This document shows positions 49,276 through 59,634 of a stretch of 59,634 nucleotides of DNA, piece after piece. Location: assembly GCA_018398765.1 (NCBI GenBank), contig JAHBMJ010000008.1, positions 1 through 59,634 on the forward strand. The letters run 5' to 3'. Origin of the DNA: Chromera velia. Lineage: Eukaryota. Every line of letters begins with the position of its first letter. The stretch's first letter is position 1. The position numbers and the translations under genes were made by a program. The notes under the pieces were generated by a model. That model did no database searches. It was given only the letters and a program-made list of their open reading frames with translations, and was not told where the DNA came from.

Positions 49276-51559
49276 AAGAGAAATGGATCTGACATACTGC
49301 GAACACCACGCACTGCAATGGAACCGACGAACGCAACTTCTCCCTCACACCGCACACTCTTCGGCCTAAACTTGCCCTCCCACAAAAGTCGGTGCTTCGA
49401 CCCCATCTTCAAAAAAAAAATCTTGCAGTTCGATGAAAGGAAGGAAGGAAGCCAAAACGAAGGGCTCACTCATCCCAAGAAACGATTCTATGGGGGGACT
49501 TCTTGACAATGAAGACGAACCGCGGTAGACGGAGTTTCATACCGATGTGGCTTCCATGTCTCTGTCGGCATCTATCGTTCTCTTCCTTGGCTGCTTATTT
49601 CAATCAGTACTTGACGAGATTCCTTGACTAACGGTTTCGGACCTCGCTCACTGCATACACTAGATTCCCTTCCGGCCACGTTTCCCGTATGAAACAGGAA
49701 AGAGAAGAAAAAAGAGAAAGGACAAAGGAAATCAATCAAGGGACAGTGAGTGACCTCTCGAATACATTCGTTAGGGTCCTTGGTCTCAGACAGATAACGC
49801 TGGACGTGCCACCAGACTAAGCAGCACTTCCTTGCCATTGTCTTGCGAGTCTTCACCTTCAACCTCTTCACAACCTGCACGCTCTCAACACATGCAGAAA
49901 TAGAAAAGGAGCTGCAAGAAAGAGAAGAGACACGGAGAGCCGACAGAAAGAAGCATCTGATGACAGACGGAAGAGAAAACGATTGAAATCATGATTAGAT
50001 AAAACAAAGCTTCTTTCCCCGCTTCTAGCTTTCACTTTTGAACTTCCTCGTTGAGCGACTAACTGTGTTACGGTTATCCTCGCTCATGCTTATGCAAACA
50101 GAAAGAAGCATCTGGCCACCGAATCGTCCAGAAGCTCGCGCCCGAAAGTCACTATGTTTCGAATGGAATCCGTAAACTGCGGAGAAAACTCCTTCACGTC
50201 CTCACACATCAACCCACCTTAAACTCCATCCAGTACTCATAAAACTCAGATCCCCATAAGTCCGTCATGTGCGCAGACGTAAAGAGTTCCAGCTGCTGGT
50301 CCGGAGTTTCAAGCATCTTCTTGAGAAGGAGATTGTAGTTGGCGTCCTCCTTGAACTTTCTCCCGAGATCTCTTTCAATTCTTGCCTCCTCCTCCACAGG
50401 GTTGTAAAGGAGGTTGTCTGAAATGTGACTCGTGTCGTATCTGCAGTAGAAGAACACTTGTGTTTTATCAATCTCTGTGTGTGTGCCTGTCTGCCTTGCT
50501 CACTGCCCCCCGCCCCGCTTCCTTCCTCTCTCTCCTTTGCTTCTGAAGCGTGCCCCTCCCCCTGTCTTTGTCTAGTCCCCTACATTTCTCTTGGTCCGTT
50601 TGTCTCTCTCGTGCCCCCCGCCCCCCGACGCTGACAAGTCGCCTGCCTGCCTACTTTTTTGCATCAGGAAACCTGCCTTGTTTTATCAGGAAACCGACCT
50701 TTGTGCATCAGGAAACCTACCTTTTTGCATCAGGAAACCATGATTCCATATCGTCTTCGTATTCCTCGTCCACCATGTACACGTACTCGTCGTATCTGGT
50801 GGACAGCCCCTCGATCTGAGTCCCCGCCCTCCCCTCTTGTTTCTTCGCATCCGTCTCCTCTTTTTCCTTCATGATCTGCTTCAGCTTGAAGACCTGAGAC
50901 CGCGTCAGTTTGATCTTCACGGCCTCAGGCAGGTCCTCCTCGTCCCTCATCAAGTTCAGGCGCTGCTGTAGCCCGTCAGGGTTCTTCTTCACCTCGCTGT
51001 TGACAAAATTTTGAAGAAACAGACGCTCGACGGCCGTCATATTTCCAACAGGCATGGGAAGCTCCACGTATTCATCGCCCTTCTTACTCTTTCCCCACAC
51101 AACGTCCACCCTGTCACCCTCTGCCGACATGGCCCCAATCACTCTCGACTCCCCTGGCATTAGCACAGGGGCTGCTTCTGCTCTGGGCTTGACCTCTGCT
51201 GACTCTTCTGATGGAGACGGCGCTGCAAAGCGGGGAGTGACCTGCTTCTTGCATTCGGACAAGAAGGAAGAGACGGCATTGCCTCTACAATGGCGTCCCA
51301 CCCCTGCAAAGAGAGTGCAGCATATGGAAAGATTCTTGACAGCTGCAGCTCCTACCAGACCGATCTGTTGCATGCACCTGGTGCAGATGAAGGCAGGTGA
51401 GAAGATGACAGCCGGAATTGCGAGAGACGGAAAAAACAGTCACGTACTTGCGAAAGGGGCGTTGAGGAAGGCCAGTCCCGTCTGCCTGCTGTCGAGGGTT
51501 CCGCCCAACCTCAAGGCTGAAAAGAAAAACGCGGAAAACAAAACGCAAGCTCGTGGCAT
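47901..51559 (-). CDS. Multi-exon hypothetical protein with hydrophobic leader (possibly plastid-targeted)
   Basis: Exon 1 MPRACVLFSAFFFSAL..AFLNAPFA splices in phase to ~51302-50720; further GT-AG-bounded coding blocks at ~50441-50218, ~49875-49755, ~49160-48965 and ~48640-47901; no domain recognised; middle exon boundaries uncertain. Confidence 0.6.
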
Positions 51560-52362
51560 CTCCTTTCTCCAAACAGTCATTCCGTCTCGAGCCAAGAAAA
51601 AATCGTTCCAGGCTGCACAAGGCACGCAGCCTTATCGCGGAAGCTTACAGGCAAGGAGAGACACACTGAAAGACAAGAAAGTTGGAGGGTTTACCCCTAA
51701 CCGATTCACATTTACTACATACGAAGATGAGTTTCCGCTGGCAAATATTTGCTAGTGGCTCATTTGATCACACATTATGCGTGGTCGAAGCTGTTCATGC
51801 GGATGTGAACTTTCCACGTAAACCGATCAATCGGATGGCTAGCTGTGCTTCCCGGATGGCAGTGAAGGAATCCGGCAGTCTGCACGACTGGTCACTGAGA
51901 CAATCTGAGACACCAAAGCAACAGTGTGGAGACGCCGTGAAGTTGGAGCTTGACCGAGCTATCATGCACATGCAGATGTTTGACGGGGCCGCAGCCCGCG
52001 CCCGCGGGACGCATGCGCGAGGTCTTAAAACGCGAAATCTGACCACAATCTCACCCGAGTATTTTTCAATGTTTTTCCGGGGCCGCACATTTTCAGAAAG
52101 AAAAATGGCAGCTGGGGCACTGAGATGATCTGAGATGAGCTCCTCTATAGCTCAGGCTGTCAAGGTGCCTTGCTGCCTGTGATTGTCTGTGTGTGCCGCC
52201 TGCTGTCTGTCGGTGAACGAACGATTGGTCACAGCTGCAGCACCAGCCTTTCAGTCGACCTCTCGTTCAGGCTTGAAGGTCCACTTCATTGCTTTGTGTT
52301 TGAAAGAAAACTTTTGCAGTCTCAGTTCCCCACCAACTTGACTCAAGTCATCAAAGCAGTCA

Positions 52363-55300
52363 ATGACAGGGTCCTTCACTGAGTTCTGGAGCCGACCTGG
52401 CGTCGGCTCCGAGCTTGCCAGCTCCTTCCAATGGCCAATTTTGATCTCTATTTGCGTTTACATTCCGGTCGTGATGGGGTTGGTAAAGTTCATGAAGAAA
52501 AGAGAGGCCCTGGAATTGAAGTGGGTGAGCCTCATCTGGTACACGGCCCTCTCTGTCCTGTCAGGGATGGGAGCAGGCATGATGGTCAGCTGCTTTTTCG
52601 AGTAGCTTCTCTGGTGCCCCAGTCGAGGTTTTTTCTGTTTTGCAGCTGCCGGAGCATCTTCCTTCTGTTCTTCTTTCAAGGTGATCTATCTCTGTTTTAT
52701 ATCTCGTTCAGGTATTCGACGATGCTTCTTTGTTGACTCGTGCATTTGAGCCCGAGGACAACTACAAGGTGAGCGACGGATGCACTTCTCGGCTCTTCAT
52801 CTTAAGCTTGGAAACCTCTCTTGTGTTTGAGTTTGGAAGTAAGAGAGCTAGAGAGACGCGCAGGTTAGGCAAGGACAACAAAATGATGTTTGTGCGGTGT
52901 CCTTGTCGTTTAGAGAAACGAAAGAAACGCGTGCAAGCAGCGTGCTCTTTTCCTTTCTTCGATGGCGCTCTCGTCTCTGATCTTCTGCAGTCCGCCGGTC
53001 GTGTGAAGATGTCGGCACTTCGTTTGTTCTTCTCTAAGCTTAGTCACCTGTCGTTCATGTCGCGAAAAAGAAACTCCATCACTTCAAAGTGGCTTGATCC
53101 ATGGCGTGAACATTAGTTGGCGTGCGTACGTGTGTTTCCTCTGCAGCCCGCTACTCGTGCCGCTGTCGCCCTCTTCTGTCTGACGAAGACTCTGGAGTTC
53201 GGCGACACCATCCTCCTGGCTCTCAAGAAACGCCCAGTCTCCTTTCTTCACTCTTTCCACCATTTCACAGTGGTCAGTCAGCACAACAATTGCACCTCGT
53301 CTTGCGGCTCTTAACTCCCGGAGGACTTGCATTGATGAAATAGATGTCCCAGAAAGTCACAATTGCCACACGTACGACATTACGCACGCGGTCATTGAAC
53401 AGCGTCTAAGGAGACGGCAATTATGCATGAGTCGGCTTACGAATGACAGCCGGTGAATCCTTCCAGCAGAGCACATGGGGGATGGATGTAGTGAGAGAGC
53501 TGAGTTTCCTCTTCCGCCCCTTCTCGCTCGCAGGCACTGTACTGCTGGCATGCCCAGCTGGTCAACGTTTCCTTCGCACACCTCTTCGTCCTCATCAACC
53601 TGTGCGTCCACGCGACCATGTACGGCTACTATGCCCTCTCGGTCGTCTTCAAGGGATCCAGAGGGAGTCAGGGCATCGCTGGGGCAATCTGCGCATGCCT
53701 TTTCACCCTCCGCCCCTACATCACCTCTTTCCAGCTTGCGCAGATGTTCGTCGGCTCCGCAATTTCCTGGTGCGCTGTCCACGGTCAGGCGGGGATTCTG
53801 GTCAACGACGTGGAGAAGAACAACGCCAAATGGTCAGTCGGGGGCGTAAAAACTGCAGAGTCGACCGAAAACGAGAAAAGACATGAGCAAGTGAAGATCT
53901 GTCGTCCTCTCTGAATGTCGTCCTGCATTGCTGTTTGATGTGTGAAAGTGCCCCAATTGTTGTCGTCTGCAGGGCTCTCGCGATGTACGTCTCGTATGCT
54001 GTCCTTTTCGGGCATTTCTACGTGAGGAGTTACTTCAAGGGGTACCGGGCGGCGATGACGACGCTGATGGCCTCTTTCCACGCCTTTGCGCTCTACGGAC
54101 TCTTCATGGTGGCCTGGCACGACGCCAGAATGCGCCTTCTTGTCGAGGTCTGTCTGCGTATCAGTCAGTCAGTCAGTCAGGGAAAAAAAGAGAAGGGAAA
54201 AGAAAGAAGCCTATGATCTATCGGTCAGCAGTCCAAGTCCAAGGAGGCGAACATTTTCTTTCCTTTTCAGCGCAAGACAGACACCAATGCAGATTTTGAA
54301 CGCCCCTAGTATAGTACGGGTCTGGTCGGGAACCCCTCTTTTTGCAGTCTTGACACACACCCGCATGGTTTCAGTGAGGGAGCGCAACCCAACCACTTAC
54401 AAAGACACTTGGTGAAGCTTGCAGGATGACATCTGTCGAGAATGAAAAATGAATGCTGCGTCAAAAAGAATGGGGGCTGTGTTTGACAGACCTAACCTGA
54501 CTGATAATTCCCTCACGTCCGTGCATGCATGCATGCAAGCAGGTGTTCGTCATGTGGCAGATCTGTGGCTTTGGAATCACTGTGGGCGCACACAGACTCT
54601 GGGCGCACAGGTCCGTCCGTCTGTCTGCAAATAACGCCGTTAAAAAAAAAGGGGGGGAAGAGGTGTGCAACGCATGTTTCTTCCCCTCTCTCTCGCATCT
54701 GACGCTAGTGCCTGCCTGCCTCATTGGCTTGGGGGTAAGTGCGCATCCTCTTGGTTTTTCCAGTTGTACCAGACACAGTCTTTCCCTTTTTCCTGCAGTC
54801 TTCCCCTCCTCTTTCTGTTTGCAACCGTGCCGCAAGGTATGAGGAGTGAGTCTTCATTGACGGACAATCGTGCCCAACTTACGGAACACCGTCTGTTTGA
54901 AGCATGCGTATGCATCTTTCTCTCTCCCCTCCTGCCTCTGCACTTGCAGGTCTTTTGAGGCGAAGCTTCCAGCCCGTGTATTCCTGATGATTCTCAACTC
55001 CATCGCTTCTCAGGTCCGTCCGTCCCTCTGTCAGTTGGTGAGGCAAATGCACGCACAAATACATATGTGTGTGGATGTTTATACGCGGTCCAGAAAACAG
55101 ATACGTAGGAGGGCAGGCATTCAGAACGGAGGAACCGACGCCCCTTTTGCTTGATTAAAAAGAAAACAGGAGAAAGACGGCAGAGAGGGCTGCACGAATT
55201 CTCCACCTTAAGTGAGTTGCCTTCATCTTTCTTTCTGTATTCGAAGATGCTGGTTCTGCGTCCGTTTGGATTGTCGGAGACAATGTCGGGGCTGGCCGGG

Positions 55301-56404
55301 CAGCGAAGGGTTTGGTGAAACACGCCTCCCTTTTCTTTGCCCCTTTACTGCTTGTCTTTCTTTGCAGGGCTCCATTTTGCACTGGGCAAGAGACCACAGA
55401 ACACACCACCGCCACTCAGAAACTGACAAGGACCCCCACAATGCAAAGAAGGGTTTCTGGTCAGTCGCAGGCAGGCAGAAGAGAAGGGAGATAACCGGCG
55501 GGCACTCTCTCTTCTCTCTGCTTTGCAATGTGCCACCGCTCTTTCTCTTTTATTAATATTGTGGAAGGGGTGGACAAGAGGGAAAGCACGGGAGCGAGAA
55601 GCAAGTTGTGGTCTCCCAACCCAAACAAGCGCACAAGAGAGAATTCAGGACGAAAGAGGGAGCTGCACAAAAGGCCTGCGTCATCTTTGACGGTTCTTTG
55701 TTTCTTCCCATTGAGCCCGCGCTTACCGTTGCTACAAATTTCAGACCAACAAGAGACAAGGTTAGGACGATGTGGTCATCGGCTCCCACCGTGCTTCTGT
55801 CTGTACAGGTACGCACACATGGGCTGGCTCCTTCTGAACAAGCCGGACGAGGTGAAGCACGCAGGAAGAGAGATCGACTGCAGGTCCGTCTCTCTCTCTT
55901 TTCTCTCTCCAGTTTTGTTTGTGTGTTGATGCACCTTCTGCAGAACCTGTGCTGTCTTTTTCTCCGTCACCTTCTTTTCCCTTTTGTTCTCCCCTTCGCG
56001 CGTCTTTCTTTGTATCTTGACTTTGGAGGGTCTCTGTGGGCCTGCTTCCCTGGCCGCGTTTCCTTTCACAAAGGTTTGGAACGTGTACAGGTCGGTCCCG
56101 ATTCCGACTTTTTTTCTCTCTCGTCCGACCCTGGCTTCCTTCCCTGATTGCTGTGAGACAGAGACAGAGAGAGAGACCCTGTTGCATGGATGGATGCATG
56201 CAGAGACCTGTACGCGGATCCTGTGGTGATGCTCCAGAAGAGGTTCGATCCCTGGTGGAACTTTTCCTTCTGCTTCCTTCTCCCGGCTTTTTATGGCTGG
56301 GCTGTCTACGGGTCCTTCTGGCTAGGCTTCTTCGTCCACGGGTGCCTCCGCTGGATTGTTGTCCTCCATGCCACGTGGTACGTCTCTCTTTCTCTCTCTC
56401 TCTT

Positions 56405-56438
<34 letters not shown>

Positions 56439-56462
56439 TCTCACACACACACACTCACTCAG

Positions 56463-56496
<34 letters not shown>

Positions 56497-56507
56497 TCAC
56501 TCAGTCA

Positions 56508-56558
<51 letters not shown>

Positions 56559-59500
56559 TCCTCACGGGTGTGTAGGTTTGCGGAATGTGTATGTGAGGGC
56601 GGTGTCCGTTTGTCCATCCGTTCGGTTGGGGGGGCGTCAAGATGATTTCAGCAAGCATGTCCCTGTCCGTTTCTGACTCCTGTGAACTGAAAGAATCAGT
56701 GCGTTGATATGTCTGGTTGTTTCTTCCGCGCGGGCAGATCACTGAGTCCATGCAGTCACTTACTTGTTCTTTCCCTCCGATGTGGCCTTTCCTTTACGCG
56801 TCCTCGTGCGTGCAATGCCTGCAGGTGTGTGAACTCTGTTGCTCACTTGTGGGGAGACAGGCCTTATGACCCGAAAAGCAACCCTGCAGAGAACGTGTGG
56901 GTGTCTGTGGGTGCCGTCGGGGAGGGCTGGCACAACTGGCACCATGCGTTCCCTTTTGACTATGCTGCTTCGGAATTGGGTCTTTCATTCCAGTGGAACC
57001 CATCCAAACTTCTCATCGACTTCCTCGCAGCCATCGGACAGGTATGTGAGGAGGAGAGTAAAGGGGGGGGTATAGAGAGAGGCAGGCAGGGCCGGGCTGT
57101 CTAGACAGTCAACGAGTGTGGGTCGAAACAATAGGGGTCTGGTAATGAAAGCGGGTGTGTGTGTGTGTGTGGCTGTACATGTGTGTATCTGTCTACATGT
57201 GTGCGCTTGTGTGTAATCGTGAGCGTTCTTGTCTCTGATTCCTTTCTCTTCGCAGGTCACTCACCGCAAGCGTGCGACGAAGCACTGGCAGTCAATTGTC
57301 AAGAGCAGAGAGGCGCGTGCCGCACGGCTGCAGCATCAGCAGACAGAAAGCGAGAAGGATACCGCAGATGAAGAAGCGAGCAGCAGCTCGCCCTCTCTCA
57401 CTGTCAGCGAACCGGCGAGCGAGCCCTCGAAGGAGGAAATCGAGGAAGCAGCGGATGTTGACACAGGGTTCGAGACCACAACCACCTCTCAGGAAGGGGG
57501 GAAACGCGAGGGAGTATTGGGAGGGGTGCGAGTTGGTGGAGGACTGAAGAGAGTTCCTTCCAGTGGCGACGTCCCCTCGATGGTCCCCCGACCCTCCACG
57601 TTCACCTCGCTCCTCTTTCTTCTCCGCGATGCATCCGTCTGCGGGCTCATTGCGGCATTTGCCCTCTCATTGGTCCTCTTTGCGGACGTCCCTCGAGTCA
57701 GTCAGTCAGTCAGTCTCTCATGGAGCCGGGTAGCTAGACATCAGCCGGCAACAAAACCAAGAACTAAAATGCGCCAGAAAAGGGGCAGACTCGCTAACGG
57801 AGGCCGTAGCGTCCCTCTGTGTTGCAACGTTCATTTTTCACTGGCCCCTTCAGCAACGAAAGACATTCCAAAAGTGCGTTCTTTGTAATTGGCAAGCTGG
57901 CTGCCTGCCCGTCTGTCCTGGACCGTCTCGCTCTTGAAGTAAAATGTGAACAAAACAAACTGAAAAAAAAACCATGATGTTCCTGCATGTGCCTGACTGA
58001 CCTTCATTGCAGGTTTTGCACGGACCTCTCTGGGCCCTCTACGCGGTTGCTCAGGGCACTGTCTGTATGGGACTTTGGGTGATTGCGCAAGAGTGCGCCG
58101 CCGGAAGGTTCACATCCCGGTTTCCTCTCGTCAACCACATGGTCGGCTTGGTCGTCTCCACAACGCTGCTGATCCCCTACAGGTCGGTCGGTCGGTCGGT
58201 CAGTCAAGTCGTTGAGAGAGGAATGGGCAACTGGGGATTGTATCTGTCCTTCTGTCTTGTTGGGGGAGTTCTAGTCCCCCTGAGCGGTGCGTCGGTCATC
58301 ACATTGCCTTTCTTTCTTGGCTCTTGCTTTTGTTTTGCAGGTACGGACTGAAGCAGCAGCTCCTCGAATCCGAAGGGAGATGGGGAATTCTGCCTGCCAT
58401 CAGGGAACAAATTGTGGCACTGCCCCGACTTCCGTTGACCGTCTTCGTCCGCGTTTTCTCCAGGTTCCACCAGCACGCAAGACTGCCTGTGATCACCCTT
58501 CAGGAGACCGTCAGCCTTGCCGCCCTGTCCGCACACGTGGTCTGTCTTTTCCAGTTCTCCCGCGCCTTTGGTGTGACCTCCTTGTCCCGCTGGGTCGCGG
58601 GTCCATGGATCGTCTTTCAGGCGTGGCTGGGTGTCTACTTCGTTCTTCTCTCGGTGAAGGACGAGAAGGTTCGTTCGTTGGCAGGGAGTGGAGGTTTTTC
58701 TTTTTTTCTCAATTTGCCTTTCTGTCGGTCCTCGCAGGATGATAGATTTCGCTGCACCGTGTGTGTGTGTGTGTGCCCTGTATCTCTGGAGACTCGTTTT
58801 CTTCAAGCGGGGCATGACATGAGACGCACAGCTCCTGGGTCCTTCCTGATCGGGTGTCTAGTTCCTTCCTTGTCTTTCATTGCCATTTCTTTTCTTTTTG
58901 TCTGCATGTGTCTGCAGGTCCATTCCCTCGCCTCTGCTGCTGAGGAGAATGAGAGAGAAAGAGAAACCGTGGCCTCTCCGGCTGCTTCCCCTTCGCCTCT
59001 CGCGGTCGAGGATGATCCCGAGGAAATCTTCAGATGGAGATGGATCAAGGCGTCTCTCCAGGTATGCGTGCCACCGCGGTACAGCCTAGGCTTCTCATTA
59101 AGTTGCTTGCATGTACGAAGGAAGACCGCATGCGACAACCTGCATGCATGCATATGCCAAAATGAATCAACAACCACTCGAGGGGTCAAGCGGTGATTGT
59201 CAATCAGTCTTTTGTTGGAGGAGAACGCTGTGTTGGTTGTCTCGTTCACATTCACTTGACTCATCCATCCATGTGCGTTGTGTGTCGTCGCAGATTGCTC
59301 TTCCCTCCTCGACACCGGTGCTTCCCTCTTTTTTCGTCCACTTTCTGGAGTTTGTGCATCACAACCTCCTGAAAGTGCATGCCTTGCACTCTGCAACGAA
59401 AACAAAGGTAGATAAAATGTCTCACAATTGTTTCGTTTCCTCTTTCTTTCTTTCTTTCCTTCGGGGAGGGACTGAATGGTCCCGTTTGATGATCGAGTCG

Positions 59501-59634
59501 CCTGTGTAGATCTGTCTGTCTTCGTGGTTTGACAAAACCCAAATTCATTCCCTGCCAGCTTTTCCCATTTCCATTTTCTCACAAAAAATACTGCCAGCAG
59601 CAGGAATCTACACGCTGATATAATGAACGTGTGT
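52363..59634 (+). CDS. Fusion of ELO fatty-acid elongase, delta-9 acyl-CoA desaturase and degenerate delta-12-like desaturase; at least 15 exons, runs off the right edge
   Basis: ELO: KTLEFGDT, FLHSFHH, NLCVHATMYGYY, TSFQLAQM, LFGHFY. Delta-9: GITVGAHRLWAHR, DHRTHHRHSETDKDPHN, NSVAH, GEGWHNWHHAFPFDY. FAD2-like: SLLFLLRD, LWALYAVAQGTVCMGLWVIAQEC, NHMVGLVVSTTLLIPY. Confidence 0.88.

Overview
Intron-rich eukaryotic nuclear DNA: GT-AG introns, GA/GT/CAGA microsatellites and frequent TGCATGCA motifs. Signal-peptide-plus-Phe presequences and a de novo purine gene suggest a chromerid-type alveolate such as Chromera (inference). Host genes: a NADAR-FHA fusion (-), SAICAR synthetase with a degenerate PurE-like tail (+), a probably plastid-targeted PPR protein (-), coatomer zeta (+), a hypothetical protein (-), and an elongase/delta-9 desaturase/degenerate delta-12 desaturase fusion (+) that runs off the right edge. 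Transposable elements: a full-length decayed chromodomain Ty3/Gypsy (11137-17881); a 12.2-kb non-LTR retrotransposon (24228-36429) with a 19-bp TSD whose ORF1 has a Ulp1-like region and appears to contain three related phase-0 spliceosomal introns; a 3-kb LTR element with non-canonical CG...CG termini (39132-42112); and older relics. LTR pairs differ almost only by transitions, mostly at CpA/CpG, a RIP-like signature. A GGCCCCGGAAAG/ATCTGACGYA module lies upstream of host genes and is the insertion site of two elements. All domain calls are by eye from motifs; no searches were run.
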